Shown here: in pieces, positions 13,660 through 26,996 of the stretch
Position numbering within the stretch: the stretch's first letter is position 1
Layout: each line of letters starts with the position of its first letter
Assembly (NCBI GenBank): GCA_964057225.1
Contig: OZ059899.1
Location: 20,398,001 to 20,462,000, forward strand
Direction: 5' to 3'
Source of the DNA: Auanema rhodensis
Lineage: Eukaryota > Animalia > Nematoda
DNA length: 64,000 nucleotides
Made by a program: the position numbers and the translations under genes
The notes under the pieces: generated by a model
Databases searched by the model: none
What the model was told of the DNA's origin: nothing
Seen by the model: only the letters and a program-made list of their open reading frames with translations

Positions 13660-16600
13660 TTCAAACGATCATAACTAATTTTTGTATTAAGCGTTTCTCA
13701 ATGTAGTATAGTGCATTCGATGCGGATTTTTAAGCTGCGTCGATCTATGTTATCAGATTTGCGCTATCTTAAAAATGCACCGAGATATCAACTGATATAA
13801 GTTCACACTTATATCCTCGATTTTCAACCTGAAGAATTAATTTCTTCGTTGAATAACAATGTCCATCGTCTTCGCCTTAAAAAAAAAATCTAAAAACATC
13901 TACTTTTTGTGAAATTATTTTGAAATTTTCAGGGAAAATTTTTGTCAAAATGTTTTTGGAAGCAATGTTGAGTGTACATGGAAACTCAACATACACTAAT
14001 GCATCATTTTTCAAACGATCATAACTAATTTTTGTATTGAGCGTTTCTCAATGTAGTATAGTGCATTCGATGCGGATTTTTAAGCTGCGTCGATCCATGT
14101 TATCAGATTTGCGCTATCTTAAAAATGCACCGAGATATCAACTGAAATAAGTTAACACATATATCCTCGATTTTCACCCTGAAGAATTAATTTTTTCGTT
14201 GAATAACATTGTCCATCGTCTTCGCCTTGAAAAAAGGAATCTAAAAACATCTACTTTTTGTGAAATTATTTTGAAATTTTTAGGGAAAATTTTTGTCAAA
14301 ATGTTTTTGGAAGCAATGTTGAGTGTACATGGAAACTCAACATACACTAATACATCATTTTTTAAACGATCATAACTAATTTTTGTATTGAGGGTTTCTC
14401 AATGTAGTATAGTGCATTCGATGCGGATTTTTAAGCTGCGTCGATCTGTATTATCAGATTTGCGCTATCTTTAAAATGCACCGAGATATCAACTGATATA
14501 TGTTCACACTTATATCCTCGATTTTCACCCTGAAAAATTAATTTCTTCGTTGAATAACATTGTCCATCGTCTTCGCCTTGAAAAAAGGAATCTAAAAACA
14601 TCTACTTTTTGTGAAATTATTTTGAAATTTTTAGGGAAAATTTTTGTCAAAATGTTTTTGGAAGCAATGTTGAGTGTACATGGAAACTCAACATACACTA
14701 ATACATCATTTTTTAAACGATCATAACTAATTTTTGTATTGAGGGTTTCTCAATGTAGTATAGTGCATTCGATGCGGATTTTTAAGCTGCGTCGATCTGT
14801 ATTATCAGATTTGCGCTATCTTTAAAATGCACCGAGATATCAACTGATATATGTTCACACTTATATCCTCGATTTTCACCCTGAAAAATTAATTTCTTCG
14901 TTGAATAACATTGTCCATCGTCTTCGCCTTAAAAAAAAAATCTGAAAACATCTACTTTTTGTAAAATTATTTTGAAATTTTTAGGGAAAATTTTTGTCAA
15001 AATGTTTTTGGAAGCAATGTTGAGTGTACATGGAAACTCAACATACACTAATGCATCTTTTTTCAAACGATCATAACTAATTTTTGTATTAAGCGTTTCT
15101 CAATGTAGTATAGTGCATTCGATGCGGATTTTTAAGCTGCGTCGATCTATGTTATCAGATTTGCGCTATCTTAAAAATGCACCGAGATATCAACTGATAT
15201 AAGTTCACACTTATATCCTCGATTTTCAACCTGAAGAATTAATTTCTTCGTTGAATAACAATGTCCATCGTCTTCGCCTTAAAAAAAAATCTAAAAACAT
15301 CTACTTTTTGTGAAATTATTTTGAAATTTTCAGGGAAAATTTTTGTCAAAATGTTTTTGGAAGCAATGTTGAGTGTACATGGAAACTCAACATACACTAA
15401 TGCATCATTTTTCAAACGATCATAACTAATTTTTGTATTGAGCGTTTCTCAATGTAGTATAGTGCATTCGATGCGGATTTTTAAGCTGCGTCGATCCATG
15501 TTATCAGATTTGCGCTATCTTAAAAATGCACCGAGATATCAACTGAAATAAGTTAACACATATATCCTCGATTTTCACCCTGAAGAATTAATTTTTTCGT
15601 TGAATAACATTGTCCATCGTCTTCGCCTTGAAAAAAGGAATCTAAAAACATCTACTTTTTGTGAAATTATTTTGAAATTTTTAGGGAAAATTTTTGTCAA
15701 AATGTTTTTGGAAGCAATGTTGAGTGTACATGGAAACTCAACATACACTAATACATCATTTTTTAAACGATCATAACTAATTTTTGTATTGAGGGTTTCT
15801 CAATGTAGTATAGTGCATTCGATGCGGATTTTTAAGCTGCGTCGATCTGTATTATCAGATTTGCGCTATCTTTAAAATGCACCGAGATATCAACTGATAT
15901 ATGTTCACACTTATATCCTCGATTTTCACCCTGAAAAATTAATTTCTTCGTTGAATAACATTGTCCATCGTCTTCGCCTTAAAAAAAAAATCTGAAAACA
16001 TCTACTTTTTGTAAAATTATTTTGAAATTTTTAGGGAAAATTTTTGTCAAAATGTTTTTGGAAGCAATGTTGAGTGTACATGGAAACTCAACATACACTA
16101 ATGCATCTTTTTTCAAACGATCATAACTAATTTTTGTATTAAGCGTTTCTCAATGTAGTATAGTGCATTCGATGCGGATTTTTAAGCTGCGTCGATCTAT
16201 GTTATCAGATTTGCGCTATCTTAAAAATGCACCGAGATATCAACTGATATAAGTTCACACTTATATCCTCGATTTTCAACCTGAAGAATTAATTTCTTCG
16301 TTGAATAACAATGTCCATCGTCTTCGCCTTAAAAAAAAAATCTAAAAACATCTACTTTTTGTGAAATTATTTTGAAATTTTCAGGGAAAATTTTTGTCAA
16401 AATGTTTTTGGAAGCAATGTTGAGTGTACATGGAAACTCAACATACACTAATGCATCATTTTTCAAACGATCATAACTAATTTTTGTATTGAGCGTTTCT
16501 CAATGTAGTATAGTGCATTCGATGCGGATTTTTAAGCTGCGTCGATCCATGTTATCAGATTTGCGCTATCTTAAAAATGCACCGAGATATCAACTGAAAT

Positions 16601-19600
16601 AAGTTAACACATATATCCTCGATTTTCACCCTGAAGAATTAATTTTTTCGTTGAATAACATTGTCCATCGTCTTCGCCTTGAAAAAAGGAATCTAAAAAC
16701 ATCTACTTTTTGTGAAATTATTTTGAAATTTTCAGGGAAAATTTTTGTCAAAATGTTTTTGGAAGCAATGTTGAGTGTACATGGAAACTCAACATACACT
16801 AATGCATCATTTTTCAAACGATCATAACTAATTTTTGTATTGAGCGTTTCTCAATGTAGTATAGTGCATTCGATGCGGATTTTTAAGCTGCGTCGATTCA
16901 TGTTATCAGATTTGCGCTATCTTTAAAATGCACCGAGATATCAACTGATATAAGTTCACACTTATATCCTCGATTTTCACCCTGAAGAATTAATTTTTTC
17001 GTTGAATAACATTGTCCATCGTCTTCGCCTTGAAAAAAGGAATCTAAAAACATCTACTTTTTGTGAAATTATTTTGAAATTTTCAGGGAAAATTTTTGTC
17101 AAAATGTTTTTGGAAGCAATGTTGAGTGTACATGGAAACTCAACATACACTAATGCATCATTTTTCAAACGATCATAACTAATTTTTGTATTGAGCGTTT
17201 CTCAATGTAGTATAGTGCATTCGATGCGGATTTTTAAGCTGCGTCGATCCATGTTATCAGATTTGCGCTATCTTAAAAATGCACCGAGATATCAACTGAT
17301 ATAAGTTCACACTTATATCCTCGATTTTCAACCTGAAGAATTAATTTCTTCGTTGAATAACAATGTCCATCGTCTTCGCTTTAAAAAAAAATCTAAAAAC
17401 ATCTACTTTTTGTGAAATTATTTTGAAATTTTTAGGGAAAATTTTTGTCAAAAAGTTTTTGGAAGCAATGTTGAGTGTACATGGAAACTCAACATACACT
17501 AATGCATCATTTTTCAAACGATCATAACTAATTTTTGTATTGAGGGTTTCTCAATGTAGTATAGTGCATTCGATGCGGATTTTTAAGCTGCGTCGATCTG
17601 TGTTATCAGATCTGCGCTATCTTAAAAATGCACCGAGATATCAACTGATATAAGTTCACACTTATATCCTCGATTTTCAACCTGAAGAATTAATTTCTTC
17701 GTTGAATAACAATGTCCATCGTCTTCGCCTTAAAAAAAAAATCTAAAAACATCTACTTTTTGTGAAATTATTTTGAAATTTTTAGGGAAAATTTTTGTCA
17801 AAAAGTTTTTGGAAGCAATGTTGAGTGTACATGGAAACTCAACATACACTAATGCATCATTTTTCAAACGATCATAACTAATTTTTGTATTGAGCGTTTC
17901 TCAATGTAGTATAGTGCATTCGATGCGGATTTTTAAGCTGCGTCGATCTGTATTATCAGATTTGCGCTATCTTAAAAATGCACCGAGATATCAACTGATA
18001 TAAGTTCACACTTATATCCTCGATTTTCAACCTGAAGAATTAATTTCTTCGTTGAATAACAATGTCCATCGTCTTCGCCTTAAAAAAAAAATCTAAAAAC
18101 ATCTACTTTTTGTGAAATTATTTTGAAATTTTTAGGGAAAATTTTTGTCAAAAAGTTTTTGGAAGCAATGTTGAGTGTACATGGAAACTCAACATACACT
18201 AATGCATCATTTTTCAAACGATCATAACTAATTTTTGTATTGAGCGTTTCTCAATGTAGTATAGTGCATTCGATGCGGATTTTTAAGCTGCGTCGATCCA
18301 TGTTATCAGATTTGCGCTATCTTAAAAATGCACCGAGATATCAACTGATATAAGTTCACACTTATATCCTCGATTTTCACCCTGAAGAATTAATTTTTTC
18401 GTTGAATAACATTGTCCATCGTCTTCGCCTTGAAAAAAGGAATCTAAAAACATCTACTTTTTGTGAAATTATTTTGAAATTTTCAGGGAAAATTTTTGTC
18501 AAAATGTTTTTGGAAGCAATGTTGAGTGTACATGGAAACTCAACATACACTAATGCATCATTTTTCAAACGATCATAACTAATTTTTGTATTGAGCGTTT
18601 CTCAATGTAGTATAGTGCATTCGATGTGGATTTTTAAGCTGCGTCGATCCATGTTATCAGATTTGCGCTATCTTAAAAATGCACCGAGATATCAACTGAT
18701 ATAAGTTCACACTTATATCCTCGATTTTCACCCTGAAGAATTAATTTTTTCGTTGAATAACATTGTCCATCGTCTTCGCCTTGAAAAAAGGAATCTAAAA
18801 ACATCTACTTTTTGTGAAATTATTTTGAAATTTTCAGGGAAAATTTTTGTCAAAATGTTTTTGGAAGCAATGTTGAGTGTACATGGAAACTCAACATACA
18901 CTAATGCATCATTTTTCAAACGATCATAACTAATTTTTGTATTAAGCGTTTCTCAATGTAGTATAGTGCATTCGATGCGGATTTTTAAGCTGCGTCGATC
19001 CATGTTATCAGATTTGCGCTATCTTAAAAATGCACCGAGATATCAACTGATATAAGTTCACACTTATATCCTCGATTTTCAACCTGAAGAATTAATTTCT
19101 TCGTTGAATAACAATGTCCATCGTCTTCGCCTTGAAAAAAGGAATCTAAAAACATCTACTTTTTGTGAAATTATTTTGAAATTTTCAAGGAAAATTTTTG
19201 TCAAAATGTTTTTGGAAGCAATGTTGAGTGTACATGGAAACTCAACATACACTAATGCATCATTTTTCAAACGATCATAACTAATTTTTGTATTGAGCGT
19301 TTCTCAATGTAGTATAGTGCATTCGATGCGGATTTTTAAGCTGCGTCGATCTATGTTATCAGATTTGCGCTATCTTAAAAATGCACCGAGATATCAACTG
19401 ATATAAGTTCACACTTATATCCTCGATTTTCAACCTGAAGAATTAATTTCTTCGTTGAATAACAATGTCCATCGTCTTCGCCTTAAAAAAAAATCTAAAA
19501 ACATCTACTTTTTGTGAAATTATTTTGAAATTTTTAGGGAAAATTTTTGTCAAAAAGTTTTTGGAAGCTATGTTGAGTGTACATGGAAACTCAACATACA

Positions 19601-22600
19601 CTAATGCATCATTTTTCAAACGATCATAACTAATTTTTGTATTGAGCGTTTCTCAATGTAGTATAGTGCTTTCGATGCGGATTTTTAAGCTGCGTCGATC
19701 CATGTTATCAGATTTGCGCTATCTTAAAAATGCACCGAGATATCAACTGATATAAGTTCACACTTATATCCTCGATTTTCACCCTGAAGAATTAATTTTT
19801 TCGTTGAATAACATTGTCCATCGTCTTCGCCTTGAAAAAAGGAATCTAAAAACATCTACTTTTTGTGAAATTATTTTGAAATTTTTAGGGAAAATTTTTG
19901 TCAAAATGTTTTTGGAAGCAATGTTGAGTGTACATGGAAACTCAACATACACTAATGCATCATTTTTCAAACGATCATAACTAATTTTTGTATTGAGCGT
20001 TTCTCAATGTAGTATAGTGCATTCGATGCGGATTTTTAAGCTGCGTCGATCTGTGTTATCAGATCTGCGCTATCTTAAAAATGCACCGAGATATCAACTG
20101 ATATAAGTTCACACTTATATCCTCGATTTTCAACCTGAAGAATTAATTTCTTCGTTGAATAACAATGTCCATCGTCTTCGCCTTAAAAAAAAAATCTAAA
20201 AACATCTACTTTTTGTGAAATTATTTTGAAATTTTTAGGGAAAATTTTTGTCAAAAAGTTTTTGGAAGCAATGTTGAGTGTACATGGAAACTCAACATAC
20301 ACTAATGCATCATTTTTCAAACGATCATAACTAATTTTTGTATTAAGCGTTTCTCAATGTAGTATAGTGCATTCGATGCGGATTTTTAAGCTGCGTCGAT
20401 CTATGTTATCAGATTTGCGCTATCTTAAAAATGCACCGAGATATCAACTGATATAAGTTCACACTTATATCCTCGATTTTCAACCTGAAGAATTAATTTC
20501 TTCGTTGAATAACAATGTCCATCGTCTTCGCCTTAAAAAAAAAATCTAAAAACATCTACTTTTTGTGAAATTATTTTGAAATTTTCAGGGAAAATTTTTG
20601 TCAAAATGTTTTTGGAAGCAATGTTGAGTGTACATGGAAACTCAACATACACTAATGCATCATTTTTCAAACGATCATAACTAATTTTTGTATTGAGCGT
20701 TTCTCAATGTAGTATAGTGCATTCGATGCGGATTTTTAAGCTGCGTCGATCCATGTTATCAGATTTGCGCTATCTTAAAAATGCACCGAGATATCAACTG
20801 AAATAAGTTAACACATATATCCTCGATTTTCACCCTGAAGAATTAATTTTTTCGTTGAATAACATTGTCCATCGTCTTCGCCTTGAAAAAAGGAATCTAA
20901 AAACATCTACTTTTTGTGAAATTATTTTGAAATTTTTAGGGAAAATTTTTGTCAAAATGTTTTTGGAAGCAATGTTGAGTGTACATGGAAACTCAACATA
21001 CACTAATACATCATTTTTTAAACGATCATAACTAATTTTTGTATTGAGGGTTTCTCAATGTAGTATAGTGCATTCGATGCGGATTTTTAAGCTGCGTCGA
21101 TCTGTATTATCAGATTTGCGCTATCTTTAAAATGCACCGAGATATCAACTGATATATGTTCACACTTATATCCTCGATTTTCACCCTGAAAAATTAATTT
21201 CTTCGTTGAATAACATTGTCCATCGTCTTCGCCTTGAAAAAAGGAATCTAAAAACATCTACTTTTTGTGAAATTATTTTGAAATTTTTAGGGAAAATTTT
21301 TGTCAAAATGTTTTTGGAAGCAATGTTGAGTGTACATGGAAACTCAACATACACTAATACATCATTTTTTAAACGATCATAACTAATTTTTGTATTGAGG
21401 GTTTCTCAATGTAGTATAGTGCATTCGATGCGGATTTTTAAGCTGCGTCGATCTGTATTATCAGATTTGCGCTATCTTTAAAATGCACCGAGATATCAAC
21501 TGATATATGTTCACACTTATATCCTCGATTTTCACCCTGAAAAATTAATTTCTTCGTTGAATAACATTGTCCATCGTCTTCGCCTTAAAAAAAAAATCTG
21601 AAAACATCTACTTTTTGTAAAATTATTTTGAAATTTTTAGGGAAAATTTTTGTCAAAATGTTTTTGGAAGCAATGTTGAGTGTACATGGAAACTCAACAT
21701 ACACTAATGCATCTTTTTTCAAACGATCATAACTAATTTTTGTATTAAGCGTTTCTCAATGTAGTATAGTGCATTCGATGCGGATTTTTAAGCTGCGTCG
21801 ATCTATGTTATCAGATTTGCGCTATCTTAAAAATGCACCGAGATATCAACTGATATAAGTTCACACTTATATCCTCGATTTTCAACCTGAAGAATTAATT
21901 TCTTCGTTGAATAACAATGTCCATCGTCTTCGCCTTAAAAAAAAATCTAAAAACATCTACTTTTTGTGAAATTATTTTGAAATTTTCAGGGAAAATTTTT
22001 GTCAAAATGTTTTTGGAAGCAATGTTGAGTGTACATGGAAACTCAACATACACTAATGCATCATTTTTCAAACGATCATAACTAATTTTTGTATTGAGCG
22101 TTTCTCAATGTAGTATAGTGCATTCGATGCGGATTTTTAAGCTGCGTCGATCCATGTTATCAGATTTGCGCTATCTTAAAAATGCACCGAGATATCAACT
22201 GAAATAAGTTAACACATATATCCTCGATTTTCACCCTGAAGAATTAATTTTTTCGTTGAATAACATTGTCCATCGTCTTCGCCTTGAAAAAAGGAATCTA
22301 AAAACATCTACTTTTTGTGAAATTATTTTGAAATTTTTAGGGAAAATTTTTGTCAAAATGTTTTTGGAAGCAATGTTGAGTGTACATGGAAACTCAACAT
22401 ACACTAATACATCATTTTTTAAACGATCATAACTAATTTTTGTATTGAGGGTTTCTCAATGTAGTATAGTGCATTCGATGCGGATTTTTAAGCTGCGTCG
22501 ATCTGTATTATCAGATTTGCGCTATCTTTAAAATGCACCGAGATATCAACTGATATATGTTCACACTTATATCCTCGATTTTCACCCTGAAAAATTAATT

Positions 22601-25600
22601 TCTTCGTTGAATAACATTGTCCATCGTCTTCGCCTTAAAAAAAAAATCTGAAAACATCTACTTTTTGTAAAATTATTTTGAAATTTTTAGGGAAAATTTT
22701 TGTCAAAATGTTTTTGGAAGCAATGTTGAGTGTACATGGAAACTCAACATACACTAATGCATCTTTTTTCAAACGATCATAACTAATTTTTGTATTAAGC
22801 GTTTCTCAATGTAGTATAGTGCATTCGATGCGGATTTTTAAGCTGCGTCGATCTATGTTATCAGATTTGCGCTATCTTAAAAATGCACCGAGATATCAAC
22901 TGATATAAGTTCACACTTATATCCTCGATTTTCAACCTGAAGAATTAATTTCTTCGTTGAATAACAATGTCCATCGTCTTCGCCTTAAAAAAAAAATCTA
23001 AAAACATCTACTTTTTGTGAAATTATTTTGAAATTTTCAGGGAAAATTTTTGTCAAAATGTTTTTGGAAGCAATGTTGAGTGTACATGGAAACTCAACAT
23101 ACACTAATGCATCATTTTTCAAACGATCATAACTAATTTTTGTATTGAGCGTTTCTCAATGTAGTATAGTGCATTCGATGCGGATTTTTAAGCTGCGTCG
23201 ATCCATGTTATCAGATTTGCGCTATCTTAAAAATGCACCGAGATATCAACTGAAATAAGTTAACACATATATCCTCGATTTTCACCCTGAAGAATTAATT
23301 TTTTCGTTGAATAACATTGTCCATCGTCTTCGCCTTGAAAAAAGGAATCTAAAAACATCTACTTTTTGTGAAATTATTTTGAAATTTTCAGGGAAAATTT
23401 TTGTCAAAATGTTTTTGGAAGCAATGTTGAGTGTACATGGAAACTCAACATACACTAATGCATCATTTTTCAAACGATCATAACTAATTTTTGTATTGAG
23501 CGTTTCTCAATGTAGTATAGTGCATTCGATGCGGATTTTTAAGCTGCGTCGATTCATGTTATCAGATTTGCGCTATCTTTAAAATGCACCGAGATATCAA
23601 CTGATATAAGTTCACACTTATATCCTCGATTTTCACCCTGAAGAATTAATTTTTTCGTTGAATAACATTGTCCATCGTCTTCGCCTTGAAAAAAGGAATC
23701 TAAAAACATCTACTTTTTGTGAAATTATTTTGAAATTTTCAGGGAAAATTTTTGTCAAAATGTTTTTGGAAGCAATGTTGAGTGTACATGGAAACTCAAC
23801 ATACACTAATGCATCATTTTTCAAACGATCATAACTAATTTTTGTATTGAGCGTTTCTCAATGTAGTATAGTGCATTCGATGCGGATTTTTAAGCTGCGT
23901 CGATCCATGTTATCAGATTTGCGCTATCTTAAAAATGCACCGAGATATCAACTGATATAAGTTCACACTTATATCCTCGATTTTCAACCTGAAGAATTAA
24001 TTTCTTCGTTGAATAACAATGTCCATCGTCTTCGCTTTAAAAAAAAATCTAAAAACATCTACTTTTTGTGAAATTATTTTGAAATTTTTAGGGAAAATTT
24101 TTGTCAAAAAGTTTTTGGAAGCAATGTTGAGTGTACATGGAAACTCAACATACACTAATGCATCATTTTTCAAACGATCATAACTAATTTTTGTATTGAG
24201 GGTTTCTCAATGTAGTATAGTGCATTCGATGCGGATTTTTAAGCTGCGTCGATCTGTGTTATCAGATCTGCGCTATCTTAAAAATGCACCGAGATATCAA
24301 CTGATATAAGTTCACACTTATATCCTCGATTTTCAACCTGAAGAATTAATTTCTTCGTTGAATAACAATGTCCATCGTCTTCGCCTTAAAAAAAAAATCT
24401 AAAAACATCTACTTTTTGTGAAATTATTTTGAAATTTTTAGGGAAAATTTTTGTCAAAAAGTTTTTGGAAGCAATGTTGAGTGTACATGGAAACTCAACA
24501 TACACTAATGCATCATTTTTCAAACGATCATAACTAATTTTTGTATTGAGCGTTTCTCAATGTAGTATAGTGCATTCGATGCGGATTTTTAAGCTGCGTC
24601 GATCTGTATTATCAGATTTGCGCTATCTTAAAAATGCACCGAGATATCAACTGATATAAGTTCACACTTATATCCTCGATTTTCAACCTGAAGAATTAAT
24701 TTCTTCGTTGAATAACAATGTCCATCGTCTTCGCCTTAAAAAAAAAATCTAAAAACATCTACTTTTTGTGAAATTATTTTGAAATTTTTAGGGAAAATTT
24801 TTGTCAAAAAGTTTTTGGAAGCAATGTTGAGTGTACATGGAAACTCAACATACACTAATGCATCATTTTTCAAACGATCATAACTAATTTTTGTATTGAG
24901 CGTTTCTCAATGTAGTATAGTGCATTCGATGCGGATTTTTAAGCTGCGTCGATCCATGTTATCAGATTTGCGCTATCTTAAAAATGCACCGAGATATCAA
25001 CTGATATAAGTTCACACTTATATCCTCGATTTTCACCCTGAAGAATTAATTTTTTCGTTGAATAACATTGTCCATCGTCTTCGCCTTGAAAAAAGGAATC
25101 TAAAAACATCTACTTTTTGTGAAATTATTTTGAAATTTTCAGGGAAAATTTTTGTCAAAATGTTTTTGGAAGCAATGTTGAGTGTACATGGAAACTCAAC
25201 ATACACTAATGCATCATTTTTCAAACGATCATAACTAATTTTTGTATTGAGCGTTTCTCAATGTAGTATAGTGCATTCGATGTGGATTTTTAAGCTGCGT
25301 CGATCCATGTTATCAGATTTGCGCTATCTTAAAAATGCACCGAGATATCAACTGATATAAGTTCACACTTATATCCTCGATTTTCACCCTGAAGAATTAA
25401 TTTTTTCGTTGAATAACATTGTCCATCGTCTTCGCCTTGAAAAAAGGAATCTAAAAACATCTACTTTTTGTGAAATTATTTTGAAATTTTCAGGGAAAAT
25501 TTTTGTCAAAATGTTTTTGGAAGCAATGTTGAGTGTACATGGAAACTCAACATACACTAATGCATCATTTTTCAAACGATCATAACTAATTTTTGTATTA

Positions 25601-26996
25601 AGCGTTTCTCAATGTAGTATAGTGCATTCGATGCGGATTTTTAAGCTGCGTCGATCCATGTTATCAGATTTGCGCTATCTTAAAAATGCACCGAGATATC
25701 AACTGATATAAGTTCACACTTATATCCTCGATTTTCAACCTGAAGAATTAATTTCTTCGTTGAATAACAATGTCCATCGTCTTCGCCTTGAAAAAAGGAA
25801 TCTAAAAACATCTACTTTTTGTGAAATTATTTTGAAATTTTCAAGGAAAATTTTTGTCAAAATGTTTTTGGAAGCAATGTTGAGTGTACATGGAAACTCA
25901 ACATACACTAATGCATCATTTTTCAAACGATCATAACTAATTTTTGTATTGAGCGTTTCTCAATGTAGTATAGTGCATTCGATGCGGATTTTTAAGCTGC
26001 GTCGATCTATGTTATCAGATTTGCGCTATCTTAAAAATGCACCGAGATATCAACTGATATAAGTTCACACTTATATCCTCGATTTTCAACCTGAAGAATT
26101 AATTTCTTCGTTGAATAACAATGTCCATCGTCTTCGCCTTAAAAAAAAATCTAAAAACATCTACTTTTTGTGAAATTATTTTGAAATTTTTAGGGAAAAT
26201 TTTTGTCAAAAAGTTTTTGGAAGCTATGTTGAGTGTACATGGAAACTCAACATACACTAATGCATCATTTTTCAAACGATCATAACTAATTTTTGTATTG
26301 AGCGTTTCTCAATGTAGTATAGTGCTTTCGATGCGGATTTTTAAGCTGCGTCGATCCATGTTATCAGATTTGCGCTATCTTAAAAATGCACCGAGATATC
26401 AACTGATATAAGTTCACACTTATATCCTCGATTTTCACCCTGAAGAATTAATTTTTTCGTTGAATAACATTGTCCATCGTCTTCGCCTTGAAAAAAGGAA
26501 TCTAAAAACATCTACTTTTTGTGAAATTATTTTGAAATTTTCAGGGAAAATTTTTGTCAAAATGTTTTTGGAAGCAATGTTGAGTGTACATGGAAACTCA
26601 ACATACACTAATGCATCATTTTTCAAACGATCATAACTAATTTTTGTATTGAGCGTTTCTCAATGTAGTATAGTGCATTCGATGCGGATTTTTAAGCTGC
26701 GTCGATCTGTGTTATCAGATCTGCGCTATCTTAAAAATGCACCGAGATATCAACTGATATAAGTTCACACTTATATCCTCGATTTTCAACCTGAAGAATT
26801 AATTTCTTCGTTGAATAACAATGTCCATCGTCTTCGCCTTAAAAAAAAAATCTAAAAACATCTACTTTTTGTGAAATTATTTTGAAATTTTTAGGGAAAA
26901 TTTTTGTCAAAAAGTTTTTGGAAGCAATGTTGAGTGTACATGGAAACTCAACATACACTAATGCATCATTTTTCAAACGATCATAACTAATTTTTG
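13660..26996. repeat. 19-monomer (6656-bp) near-identical tandem duplication
   Basis: ORF starts 16626/16977/18377/18728/19079/19779 recur at +6656. Private variants 16898 and 18627 recur at 23554 and 25283. I noticed one difference (T19886 vs C26542). Confidence 0.93.
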